The notes beneath the pieces are model-generated. The model worked only from the letters and a program-made list of their open reading frames with translations. It made no database searches and had not been told where the DNA came from. 32,086 nt of DNA from Candidatus Micrarchaeota archaeon (GTDB taxonomy: Archaea; Micrarchaeota; Micrarchaeia; Anstonellales; Bilamarchaeaceae), in the NCBI GenBank assembly GCA_043816005.1, contig JBDRIM010000078.1, positions 1-32,086 of the forward strand, written 5' to 3'. Position numbers and translations under genes: made by a program. Position 1 is the stretch's first letter. Each line of letters begins with the position of its first letter. Below are positions 18,050 to 27,368 of the stretch, one piece after another.

Positions 18050-20116
18050 ATGTCCAAAATGATATTTTTAATATTGATTCAAGTTTCGGTTCTTTTTTTA
18101 GCTGGGTGTATTACTCCAGATTTTAGTAACCTGGTGAATAATAGTGTTCAGAATGGTACTATTCAAAACAATAGTGTAGTAAATAATGATAGTGGAATTG
18201 AATTTGGGGATAACACATCAATTGTATTGACTTCAGTACCTAGGAGATATTGTACTGATAGTGATAGTGGAGAAGATTATTATGAAAAGGGGACTACAAG
18301 GAACACAACATTACAGTTAACTGATGCTTGTGTTGCTAGCATACTATGGGAAAGATATTGTAAAACGGATAAGAGTATAGGACTTGAAATGTATACCTGT
18401 CCGAATGGATGTACTAATGGAGAATGTAAAATTGAGATAGAACCATATCCACCTGTAGGCACAACTTGTATTGATAATGATGATGGAAAAGATTATTATG
18501 AAAAGGGGACAACTGTAAGTACGTCTGCATCTGGGAGAACTGTATTAACTGATGCTTGTGTTGTTGGAATACTATGGGAAAGATATTGTAAAAGTGATGA
18601 TAGTATAGGACTTGAAACGTATACCTGTCCGAATGGATGTACTAATGGAGAATGTAATTCAGCTTCTGCTGTAATATGTGTTGATAGTGATGATGATGAT
18701 AGTGGACCAGTTGATCCTGATTCTTACTATGAAACTGGAACAACAACTCTTACTAGTTCACCTGCAAGTCATGATTGGTGCAACCCAACAACTCATAAGA
18801 TTACTGAATATTATTGTCCAACTTTAAGTACTCGAGATAGTACTACTTATACATGTCCTTATGGATGTGATGCAATTAACGACCGTTGTAATCCAGCCCC
18901 TCTTACAACTACTTGTTCTGATACTGATGGTGGATCTAATGTTAATGTTAAAGGAACTGCTACAAAGGGAACATTGGTTTACACAGATACATGTAGTGGA
19001 AATAATATTTTAGAGTATTATTGCGAAGATGGGGATTTGTACGAACTCACACAGTCTTGTACTTATGGATGTAACAATGGAGAATGTAATCCAACAACTG
19101 CACCCACAATTACATGTAACGATTCTGATGATTCTACCTCAGGATCGGTTAGTTCTGCTACTTACAATGTGAAAGGATCAACCACTCTTACTGACCAATC
19201 AACGAAATATGATTCGTGCAATGCAGCAACTGGTGAGATTACAGAATGGTACTGCCCGACTTCAAGCACTAGATCTTCTGTTACTTATGATTGTCCAAAT
19301 GGATGCTTTGTAGCTAATGATTATTGTAATGCTGCTCCTTCTACACCAACTTGTACGGATTCAGATGGTGGTCTAAATTACAATGTAAAAGGAACAACCA
19401 CTCTTCTAGGTACTGACACTACCGGTGCCACACCATTAACACAAACAGATTCATGCAACCAAGTAACCGGTATGGTAACTGAATGGTTCTGTCCAACTTC
19501 AACTACAAGAAACAGTAATACCCACACTTGTCCAAATGGATGCCTTGCAATTAATGATTATTGTAATGCTGCACCATCACCTGACATAAATACCGAACCA
19601 GTTGTTTATTTTGATTCTCCAACTGGACAACGACAGGTATTGATAATCAATGACCTGCCATCATACATAGCATCTGGAAATGAAATGAATGCGATTGTGA
19701 GTGTGGGGATTGGACAGGACACAACATATGAAGTATTGGAAGAAAGAGATAGTTACAATCCAGTAAGTGAATACCCACAAATAATTGATTACAGCGTAGC
19801 TTATCGTAATATGGATCCTACAATTTTAGTTCCTGAGGATGGATATTTAGGATCACGATTACCATATCGTTATTTTACAATACCAGATACATATACACTC
19901 CCATATAACATAGATATCTATTATGGAAGATGGGACCCAAATAATTATCGTTTTGTAAAAATGTTTAGTTATGTTGATGATTGTTCAGGTACTGAAGTAG
20001 TGAAGAAAGCAGCTTACCTAAATGTTAATGACCATCCTGCAGGTAAAGTAGTTGCAATAAAACTAAGTGCATTTGTTCCGGAATATAATTTATATGATTC
20101 GGAATTTTGTGAATGA
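18050..20116 (+). CDS. Cys-rich modular surface lipoprotein-like paralog (6 modules plus a unique C-terminal domain)
   Basis: Near-identical signal (LILIQVSVLFLAGC); 6 six-Cys modules; about 180-aa Tyr-rich C-terminal domain with no TM helix. Confidence 0.85.
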   Translation: MSKMIFLILIQVSVLFLAGCITPDFSNLVNNSVQNGTIQNNSVVNNDSGIEFGDNTSIVLTSVPRRYCTDSDSGEDYYEKGTTRNTTLQLTDACVASILWERYCKTDKSIGLEMYTCPNGCTNGECKIEIEPYPPVGTTCIDNDDGKDYYEKGTTVSTSASGRTVLTDACVVGILWERYCKSDDSIGLETYTCPNGCTNGECNSASAVICVDSDDDDSGPVDPDSYYETGTTTLTSSPASHDWCNPTTHKITEYYCPTLSTRDSTTYTCPYGCDAINDRCNPAPLTTTCSDTDGGSNVNVKGTATKGTLVYTDTCSGNNILEYYCEDGDLYELTQSCTYGCNNGECNPTTAPTITCNDSDDSTSGSVSSATYNVKGSTTLTDQSTKYDSCNAATGEITEWYCPTSSTRSSVTYDCPNGCFVANDYCNAAPSTPTCTDSDGGLNYNVKGTTTLLGTDTTGATPLTQTDSCNQVTGMVTEWFCPTSTTRNSNTHTCPNGCLAINDYCNAAPSPDINTEPVVYFDSPTGQRQVLIINDLPSYIASGNEMNAIVSVGIGQDTTYEVLEERDSYNPVSEYPQIIDYSVAYRNMDPTILVPEDGYLGSRLPYRYFTIPDTYTLPYNIDIYYGRWDPNNYRFVKMFSYVDDCSGTEVVKKAAYLNVNDHPAGKVVAIKLSAFVPEYNLYDSEFCE

Positions 20117-20117
20117 A

Positions 20118-23100
20118 TCAATCATTTTTCCAGAATTTCTCAACAATTTTTTCTGGTTCATCAGTAACAACGAACTGAGTTTCTGGTTCAAAAACCACCC
20201 CGTATTTGGGCCATTTGAACCTTTCATCCATATAGACAATTGCAACGCGATCAGATTCTTTTCTTCTTGCCCTTCCTGCAGCTTGTAATGCTTTCAAAGT
20301 TCCTGGATAAATATATCCATAGTCCCAACCACGATTGAATTTCTTATCGTAATAATCAATAAGCGCCTTGACTTCAAGCCCCATTTCATCAAGAGCAACA
20401 CCAACAACGATTATGGTTTTGATTTCGCCATCGCAATAATCCACACCTTCGGAAAGTGACCCACCTTGAACTCCGCAAAGCACTCCACCATTTTTAAATT
20501 TTTTTATCAATTGCCGAATATCTGGAGGTTTCATATCTGGTTTTTGTATGTGAAGATTTTGCGAGAATAAGTATGGAAACACTTCGCTCATTACTTTATA
20601 TGAAGGGAAAAAAATAGCAGTTCCCCCAGGAGTTTTAGCAACAATAGCATCGATTTTTTTTGCGATTTTTAAATAACATTCAGTTCCACGTTTAGAATAA
20701 CGGGTGGTGATGTCTTTTGTGATAATATTGACTGCATTGTTGCTGTCAAATGGTGATGAATATGCTTTCATTATAGTTTTTTCTGGATCAAGACCAAGAA
20801 TATCGCGATGCATTTCCAATGGAAGGAGGGTTCCGCTCATTAAGATGGAAGATGAAAATTGATTGAGAACGTTTGTAGTTGGTGACGGATCAAGCATTTT
20901 TTTAGCAAGAAAGAATTTCCCACCGTATTTTCTGAGTATTCTTACGCTAGTAGTGTCATTATTTTCCCATTCCATAAAAAAAGTTGCCAGACGAAGACAT
21001 GCGCTTTTCTTTCCAGATCTTTCAATAAAAAGATAACCAAGATCATAAAGTTTGGCAGCAAGTTCGTCCCTTGTTCCTCCAAAACCAGCTGGGAATACAT
21101 TAAGATCATCCACGTTAATTGTTCTTTCATTAGAATTGCCAATGAGTGAGTTTGCCCAGTTTTCGAAGTTATCATCCAAAGAACGCGGATCAAATTTAAG
21201 AGAGCGCATCTCTTTGACTGCACGAGCAAATGTGAAACTGCTTATATTTCTTGACATACTGGAACGGATACGAGATGCAAGGTTGTGTGCTTCGTCCACA
21301 ATAACAATAGAACGATCAATCTGTTTTTTTATTTTTGTAAGAAATGGTCCGCTGATATGAGGTACAAGTAGATGATAATAATCTGCGATAACTACATCGG
21401 AGATAGAAGAAAGTTTCAATAGCCATTCATATGGGCAGCATTCTGACTTGCGACCAGATTGAATGAGTTCGTGGTGCCCCTTCCCACTGTTGTAATCTTT
21501 CAGAATGGTGTTGAAACGATAATCTGCTTTTGCCTGCTCGAATTTACTATAGCCATGAGCATTAGTATAGAATGGACAAGTTTTGTCTTTTCGTTTTTTA
21601 CTGCAGCTTGTATGAAACCCATCATGATCCAACTCTTTTAGATTATCGTCGATGCAACAATGGGAACGGCCAATGAGATCAACTGCCCGAATTGGAAGAG
21701 AATGTTTTTTCGCAATACCATTTACCACTTCCATTGCGATTTTGTGCTGTGAAATTTTAGGAGTAAGAAAAAAGACTGTGAGATTGTTTTCAAGTGCATG
21801 TGAAAGGGCGGCTGAGATACTCGCGTCACTATTGTGAGCAATTATACCCTCTGCTACGAAGTTTTTTACACCAGGAACACTAAAATCATAAACTTCTTCT
21901 TCAGGCATGGGTGTTATTTCTGTTATTTCGTCCCATAAAACATCTGAATCGAGAGTAGTTTCGAGCTGGGAAATAAGGTTAGAGTGAGGGTGGAATTTGT
22001 GTAGATACCTAATTAGTAGATCGAGAGTATAACGAGTAGGGTGCTTATTTCCAACAGGATATTCACAGAGAGAATCATAAAGATTACTATTCCAAGGTAA
22101 GAGAGCTCGAAGTTTCAAAAGAAAGGGCTTATCAAATTCGAATGTGTCCAAATTGGGGTTTTGATTTTTGTTTGCTAACTTAGCTAATAAGTTTTCTAAT
22201 CGTAACTTTTTGAATTTTACAGTAAAACCAACGAATTTCTGAAATCGTATAAGAGAACGACGATCAGTAATCCGTAAAATATAATATTTACCGTATTTTT
22301 TGTTTATTTTTAGCCCGGTTTGAGATATTATACCAAATCGAAGTAGACCAAATTTAAGTGTTTTTACAAGTCTCTCGGATTTAGATGTTAGACAAACGAC
22401 GTTGCTCTTCTCTACATAACCGTCAGTATCAAAAAGACCTCTTAGAAAGTTTGAAAATATTTTTTTAGGTGATACGATAAGTTCATTGGGAAGGTACACA
22501 TTGGCGCATTTACCACCTTTCTTACCAATTCGAATATCTGGAGAACCATACTGTTCCAAGAATTTTTTTAGGACAATTGAATCGACATGATAATTAGAAG
22601 TTTTATATTTTTTCATTACAAGTCCGAGCTCAGATATTGCAATGGAAATATTTCGAATTATTTCTTCGGATTTTAAAGTAAAACGAATGCGTATTTTTGA
22701 GTTGAAACTCCCATCACCTATGAATGCACCTACGAGATAGGCGATATTAGGAGTAAAATGGATCGGATAAATTTTTGTGTTGTGTGCGTAGGGACTCGGA
22801 GATTCAAATAGAAAAACAGACGGGGATTTCTCAGTAATAACTAATTTACGGGTTGACGCGATTCTCTCTCCACATTTCAAAGTATCTGCTTTTTTCCATC
22901 CGTTCCGAGTAAGAAATTTATGGGAGTGGGTTGATTTTATTTCGTAACCATGACGGGTTTTGATTTTGATGATTTTTTCCTTTCCAAGTTTGACTTTGAA
23001 TCCGGTTTGGAGATTAATTTTTTGGGCATGTTCAGATAAAGAATTGACACTCTCTTTATGCAGGTCCTTGGCAAGAACAAGTCCTCTAGAAGTGAAAACT

Positions 23101-23243
23101 AATGATTCGCCAGAGATACATTTCCCGAGTCCTGTTGGCGCCTGTGCCATGAAATTTTGTTTGTTGGAAATTGCATCGCACATATCGTTCATTAGTTCTT
23201 TCTGGAATGGACGAATGCGATCATGTCTGAAATAAAGCGCCAT
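20118..23243 (-). CDS. xpd: XPD/Rad3/DinG-family Fe-S helicase, intein-containing
   Basis: RPFQ, APTGLGK|intein|S; Fe-S Cys (GRSHCC, SC, CPFY, CCPY); VDEAHN, SGTL, FFPSY, SEGVD and QAAGRARR. Confidence 0.88.
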   Translation of the reverse strand: MALYFRHDRIRPFQKELMNDMCDAISNKQNFMAQAPTGLGKCISGESLVFTSRGLVLAKDLHKESVNSLSEHAQKINLQTGFKVKLGKEKIIKIKTRHGYEIKSTHSHKFLTRNGWKKADTLKCGERIASTRKLVITEKSPSVFLFESPSPYAHNTKIYPIHFTPNIAYLVGAFIGDGSFNSKIRIRFTLKSEEIIRNISIAISELGLVMKKYKTSNYHVDSIVLKKFLEQYGSPDIRIGKKGGKCANVYLPNELIVSPKKIFSNFLRGLFDTDGYVEKSNVVCLTSKSERLVKTLKFGLLRFGIISQTGLKINKKYGKYYILRITDRRSLIRFQKFVGFTVKFKKLRLENLLAKLANKNQNPNLDTFEFDKPFLLKLRALLPWNSNLYDSLCEYPVGNKHPTRYTLDLLIRYLHKFHPHSNLISQLETTLDSDVLWDEITEITPMPEEEVYDFSVPGVKNFVAEGIIAHNSDASISAALSHALENNLTVFFLTPKISQHKIAMEVVNGIAKKHSLPIRAVDLIGRSHCCIDDNLKELDHDGFHTSCSKKRKDKTCPFYTNAHGYSKFEQAKADYRFNTILKDYNSGKGHHELIQSGRKSECCPYEWLLKLSSISDVVIADYYHLLVPHISGPFLTKIKKQIDRSIVIVDEAHNLASRIRSSMSRNISSFTFARAVKEMRSLKFDPRSLDDNFENWANSLIGNSNERTINVDDLNVFPAGFGGTRDELAAKLYDLGYLFIERSGKKSACLRLATFFMEWENNDTTSVRILRKYGGKFFLAKKMLDPSPTTNVLNQFSSSILMSGTLLPLEMHRDILGLDPEKTIMKAYSSPFDSNNAVNIITKDITTRYSKRGTECYLKIAKKIDAIVAKTPGGTAIFFPSYKVMSEVFPYLFSQNLHIQKPDMKPPDIRQLIKKFKNGGVLCGVQGGSLSEGVDYCDGEIKTIIVVGVALDEMGLEVKALIDYYDKKFNRGWDYGYIYPGTLKALQAAGRARRKESDRVAIVYMDERFKWPKYGVVFEPETQFVVTDEPEKIVEKFWKND
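21831..23120 (-). mobile_element. Intein (430 aa) with LAGLIDADG endonuclease in the XPD Walker A loop
   Basis: Starts CISGES; block B STHSHKF; YLVGAFIGDG and FLRGLFDTDG; VYDFSV; ends IAHN followed by Ser; in frame. Confidence 0.93.
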
Positions 23244-23293
23244 TGTTTTGTTTAAGTGAAATTAATTAAAGAACTCGATGTAAATATAATTCA

Positions 23294-24004
23294 ATGAAAT
23301 TTCTCTATGACGCTCCAGCCCTCTTGTATAAAGGTGCACTTATAGTTGGGGATACACACTTTGGTATGGAACAAAAACTTAGGCGCAGAGGTATTTTCGA
23401 TGAAAATTTTAGTGAAAGACTTTTTCTGAAACTAAAAAAACTGATAATACAACATAAAGTAAAAACACTAATTTTTCTCGGAGATGTAAAAGAGGACATA
23501 ACCATGCTTGATAATAAAACCGAAAATATTCTAGCTAAACTTTCAATGTTGTGTAAAATTATAATAGTAAAGGGGAACCACGATGGAGGGATTGGTAGGT
23601 GTGGAAATGCAGAAATAAAACCTGCCGAAGGATTTGTCTATGAAGGACTTGGTTTGATACACGGACATTCATGGCCAGCAGAAGAATTGATGAGTTGTAA
23701 ATATTTGGTGATGGGACATCAGCATCCTTTGATTACAATAACAGATGCATTTGGAAAAAAACATTACGAACCTGCATGGCTGATCATTCCACCAGACGAA
23801 GAAACCATAAAAAATAAATATAAAAAATTCAACAAAAAAATAAAATTAATTTTAATACCTGCATTCAACCCTGCAATAGGAACTCCGATTAACAACGACG
23901 GAAAACTACATTTTGGACCTCTGATTAATAACAAACTATTTAAACTAAACCATGCATTAATATTTCGCTTGAGTGGCATTTGTTTAGGAAAATTAAAAAC
24001 GTGA
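23294..24004 (+). CDS. Calcineurin-like metallophosphoesterase (archaeal COG1407-like)
   Basis: GDTHFG, LGD, GNHD, HGH, GHQHP and IPAFN motifs. Confidence 0.85.
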   Translation: MKFLYDAPALLYKGALIVGDTHFGMEQKLRRRGIFDENFSERLFLKLKKLIIQHKVKTLIFLGDVKEDITMLDNKTENILAKLSMLCKIIIVKGNHDGGIGRCGNAEIKPAEGFVYEGLGLIHGHSWPAEELMSCKYLVMGHQHPLITITDAFGKKHYEPAWLIIPPDEETIKNKYKKFNKKIKLILIPAFNPAIGTPINNDGKLHFGPLINNKLFKLNHALIFRLSGICLGKLKT

Positions 24005-24013
24005 GGCGACCAT

Positions 24014-24262
24014 ATGGGAAACAAAAGACGCGGTAGAGATCGGCTGGAGTCATGCTCTTCATGCGGCAGATCTGTTCCACGCGATAAAGCTGTTGAATAC
24101 AGCACTAGGACTCATTTTACTACCGATCTCAAGGAAGATAATGTAACATATACGGGATTTAGAGATTTGTATTATTGCATTAGTTGTGCCAAACATAGAA
24201 AAATTTTCGAAAAATTAAAACAACAAGCACAACGCCAAAGAGAGAGGGACGCGTATGGATGA
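24014..24262 (+). CDS. rps26e: 30S ribosomal protein eS26 (S26e)
   Basis: RRGR...CSSCGRSVPRDKA...YYCISCAKH, matching the S26e CxxCGRxVPxDKA...YCxSCAxH pattern. Confidence 0.85.
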   Translation: MGNKRRGRDRLESCSSCGRSVPRDKAVEYSTRTHFTTDLKEDNVTYTGFRDLYYCISCAKHRKIFEKLKQQAQRQRERDAYG

Positions 24263-24542
24263 AATTTCCTTTGAAGGAAAGAAATACATTGCACTCAAAC
24301 AGGATATGGGAAATTTACCGCTTATTGTTGTAAAAGCAAAAAAAGGGTACATTGCCTGTAGTTACATAGATAAAGAAACTGCAGAAAGGGTAGGCGACAT
24401 TGCAGCTTTTGTATCTGGTGTAAAGTGCCTTGAGGATATGAAAAAAGCAAAAATAAGAATTGTAACCAGCTGGGCTGAAGATATTGGAATACGTGAAGGT
24501 ATGAGTGTAAAGAAAGCCCTTGAATTAATGGATGTAGAATAA
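24255..24542 (+). CDS. YunC/DUF1805 family protein
   Basis: LPLIVV...KGYIACSY...AAFVSGV...GIREGMSVKKAL pattern. Confidence 0.75.
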   Translation: MDEISFEGKKYIALKQDMGNLPLIVVKAKKGYIACSYIDKETAERVGDIAAFVSGVKCLEDMKKAKIRIVTSWAEDIGIREGMSVKKALELMDVE

Positions 24543-24557
24543 AAATCCGAAGACAAA

Positions 24558-25121
24558 TTAACTATATTTCCAAACTCCCAGAAATAATGGTAAAATAAAG
24601 AAGAGCACATTACAAATACTTTCATTAGTAGCGGTAATGGGTGGACATAAAGCACTGTATGCAGTAGATGGGGGTGCAGTACCATAATAATTTTGTGGCA
24701 CGATTTGAGCTAACCTACACACTTGATTCAAACAATTCTCCTGAGTAACCTCGGCTCCAAAAAGCTGAGATTGAAGATTAATTTGTTGGCTTATAGCTTC
24801 ACATATTTCAGGATCCCTGGCTATTTTCGCAACATCATAATAACACGCATTTGATTCAACTTCTGCAACTTTGGTCAAATCACTACCATCAACATCAGTA
24901 CTGCCAAAACTAGTGAATATGGTTTCGCAAATGATCTTGGCTCGATCAACATCGCCAATATATGCAGATGTCATTGCTGCAGTATGATAACACTTCATCT
25001 TCAATGATTCCCGATTAATAGTGGGATCAGTTTCGCATTCATAAAGGGTCTTAAGACCAAGAGCACTACTTACAATTGTTACTGCAGATAAAAGAAGAAA
25101 AATAATAAATAATAATTTCAC
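24558..25121 (-). CDS. Secreted/membrane-anchored Cys-rich hypothetical protein
   Basis: N-terminal signal peptide, repeated CYxxxAxxxxDxxxCxxI-like motif, C-terminal hydrophobic segment. Confidence 0.65.
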   Translation of the reverse strand: MKLLFIIFLLLSAVTIVSSALGLKTLYECETDPTINRESLKMKCYHTAAMTSAYIGDVDRAKIICETIFTSFGSTDVDGSDLTKVAEVESNACYYDVAKIARDPEICEAISQQINLQSQLFGAEVTQENCLNQVCRLAQIVPQNYYGTAPPSTAYSALCPPITATNESICNVLFFILPLFLGVWKYS

Positions 25122-25130
25122 AAGTACCCC

Positions 25131-25694
25131 CTATTTGCGTGGTTTTTCAGCATATGGCTTGAGGAGGGTTTTTGCCTTTGCTAAGACTATCCGTATATCC
25201 TTTTCATTCTTAGCACCAGCGCAGATAACCTTACCGTTTTTGAAAAGAAGCAATGATGCTTTTGGTTCTTTGAATTTTAATATGGCACCTGGAAATTGTT
25301 CTGGCTCGTACTCAACATCCTTTATTTTATATGCTATTTTATAGAGGTCAAGTTCAAGGCCAAGTGCAGCAGAAGCAACGATATTAGTTATTTCAATGTG
25401 TGGTTTTTTTGTTTTGGTGATTCGTTTTGCGTACGGGGTGAGCATTTTTATTGTTTTTTGAATTGTTTTCTCTATCATATCCCTTCTCTTACACCCAACA
25501 CAGACCACTTTTCCATTTTTGAAAAGAAGCAATGATGCTTTTGGTTCTTTGAATTTTAATATGGCACCTGGAAATTGTTCGGGTTCATATTCTATCTCTG
25601 GAATCTTATTTGCAAGAGCATATAGATCAAGCTCTAATCCTAATGACGCAGACGCCACCATATTCGTAATAACAAAAACAGGTTTCTTTGACAA
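25131..25694 (-). CDS. tbp: TATA-box binding protein
   Basis: Two repeats of ITNxVAS...LDL...YEPEQFPG...LLFKNGKV; TTG start at 25694 chosen for the AGGTGA RBS 4 nt upstream. Confidence 0.95.
   Translation of the reverse strand: MSKKPVFVITNMVASASLGLELDLYALANKIPEIEYEPEQFPGAILKFKEPKASLLLFKNGKVVCVGCKRRDMIEKTIQKTIKMLTPYAKRITKTKKPHIEITNIVASAALGLELDLYKIAYKIKDVEYEPEQFPGAILKFKEPKASLLLFKNGKVICAGAKNEKDIRIVLAKAKTLLKPYAEKPRK
25237..25580. repeat. 65-bp perfect direct repeat within tbp (25237-25301 and 25516-25580)
   Basis: Both copies read TTTTTGAAAAGAAGCAATGATGCTTTTGGTTCTTTGAATTTTAATATGGCACCTGGAAATTGTTC; offset 279 nt. Confidence 0.95.
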
Positions 25695-25793
25695 TATATC
25701 ACCTACAAGCAAACTTAAACATTTATAAATGAAGCAATTGTTTAAAAAGACTATCTCTCATCAACTTCGTACAAACTAATTTCTGTGATTACA

Positions 25794-26069
25794 ATGGTTA
25801 AACCTTCAAAGGGAGCATTTAGTAAGAGAACCCGTAAACTCAAAGGAAAGTGCGGGGTTAGCGTGGCTAGGCTTGTCCAAACATTTAATGTAGGGGACAA
25901 AGTAGTAATAAGTCCAGTGGCTAAATATAAGGGGTTACCCAATTTACGATATATTGGTAGACATGGAACTGTAATTGAGAAACGAGGTAAAGGCTACGTG
26001 GTGAAAGTTAGGGATTTAAAAACTACTAAAGACATAGTAACTGGGGCAGTTCATTTAAAATTGGCCTAA
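25794..26069 (+). CDS. rpl21e: 50S ribosomal protein eL21
   Basis: SKGAFSKRTRKL, FNVGDKV and KGLPNLRYIGRHGTV...RG; conserved order with rpoF. Confidence 0.92.
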   Translation: MVKPSKGAFSKRTRKLKGKCGVSVARLVQTFNVGDKVVISPVAKYKGLPNLRYIGRHGTVIEKRGKGYVVKVRDLKTTKDIVTGAVHLKLA

Positions 26070-26082
26070 TTTGGTGATATTA

Positions 26083-26400
26083 ATGGAAATCAAATCATCT
26101 AAACCAGCATCAGTAAGTGAAGCTAAAGACATCCTTACTAAAAGAAAAGAAGAGACCGAAATCGGATATGAACAATCGCAAGCTTTAGATAATTCTGAAA
26201 GATTTGCTACGGTTGATGCTGACAAAGCAAAGAAACTAATTGAACACTTAATGAAAAACAAAAAAATAAGTGCTGAACTTGCAGTTAAAATCGTCGATGT
26301 GCATCCGAAAAATCCATCTACTCTCAGAGCCATCTTGGTAAAAGATAGAATAGAGATGACAGAAGAAGAAATTGAAAAAATATTAAAAGAATTGGCTTAA
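26083..26400 (+). CDS. rpoF: RNA polymerase subunit F (Rpo4)
   Basis: SEAKDIL...YEQ..AL...AVKIVDVHP...LRAIL; GGTGA RBS; synteny. Confidence 0.88.
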   Translation: MEIKSSKPASVSEAKDILTKRKEETEIGYEQSQALDNSERFATVDADKAKKLIEHLMKNKKISAELAVKIVDVHPKNPSTLRAILVKDRIEMTEEEIEKILKELA

Positions 26401-26413
26401 AGGAGGGGAGCGT

Positions 26414-26974
26414 ATGGAAGATTATGCATGGGTTGTTGAGTATTTGTCAGCAGGTAGAGCTGATGCTATAAAGAAAGAATCCATGGTGCAGCTTCTCGGC
26501 GCTAGATTTTTCACATTATTAGAAGCAACAGTTAATCCATCAGCAACCATAGTTCTTGGACAAAAAGTATGTGTTGGAAAAGAGGGTAGACTTGAAATCT
26601 TACATATTAAAGGTAGGATAAGCCATAATGAACTTACTAATGGTGCAAGAGAATTTTTACCTACGATGATCAAAAAAATAGTTGTTGAAAGGGAAAATGA
26701 TTTTGTTACTTTCATAAATAAAGCAAGGCCTATTTCAATAAGAGTGCATACACTTGATCTATTACCAGGTATTGGAAAGAAAAATATGGAAGCAATATTA
26801 AAAGAAAGAGAGATTAAACCATTCGAATCGATAGCAGACCTCCACAAACGAGTACCAAGCCTTTCTGATCCAACAGGCGTATTTGTACAAAGAATACTAA
26901 GTGAACTTGAAGGTAAAGAAAAATATTATCTTTTTACTAAACCACCATTCCAACCAAGATTTGGAATGAGATAA
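26414..26974 (+). CDS. DUF655 family (COG1491) nucleic-acid-binding protein
   Basis: EDYAWV, FTLLE, LDLLPGIGKK (HhH) and KYYLF; conserved position after rpoF. Confidence 0.88.
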   Translation: MEDYAWVVEYLSAGRADAIKKESMVQLLGARFFTLLEATVNPSATIVLGQKVCVGKEGRLEILHIKGRISHNELTNGAREFLPTMIKKIVVERENDFVTFINKARPISIRVHTLDLLPGIGKKNMEAILKEREIKPFESIADLHKRVPSLSDPTGVFVQRILSELEGKEKYYLFTKPPFQPRFGMR

Positions 26975-26986
26975 TTGGTGAATAAT

Positions 26987-27364
26987 ATGAAATCGATGTT
27001 ACTTATATTAGCTGTGCTACTTGTTTTCGGTTGTACAACACAAGAAGCAAATGGAAACCAGAACAATACTCCACCAGTAGTTCAAAATCAAACTGGACTG
27101 CAGAACCAGACTATTGATCCGGCTATAGGACTAACATTAGACGAGGTAGCAAAACACAACACTATGGAAAACTGTTTGCTTATTATAGACAATAATGTAT
27201 ACAATATACCAAGTTCATTTGCCTCTCAGCATCCTGGAGGTGAAGCGTATGTACAATATTGCGGCGGAGATGCAACCACAGCATTTACTAGTAAAGGTGG
27301 AACTGGACATTCGGAAAATGCAACAAATAAACTGAATGATTTCTTAATCGCTCCACTACGGTGA
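26987..27364 (+). CDS. Cytochrome b5-like heme-binding lipoprotein
   Basis: LLVFGC lipobox-like signal; EVAKHN, VYNI, HPGG, GGDAT..F and GHS (both axial His); GGTGA RBS before ATG 26987. Confidence 0.85.
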   Translation: MKSMLLILAVLLVFGCTTQEANGNQNNTPPVVQNQTGLQNQTIDPAIGLTLDEVAKHNTMENCLLIIDNNVYNIPSSFASQHPGGEAYVQYCGGDATTAFTSKGGTGHSENATNKLNDFLIAPLR

Positions 27365-27368
27365 AAAA

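Noticed and set aside
15176..20116. CRISPR array or diversity-generating retroelement TR/VR pair
   Set aside because: The repeats are in-frame protein modules with irregular spacing; no cas or reverse transcriptase gene, and no adenine-specific mismatch pattern noticed.
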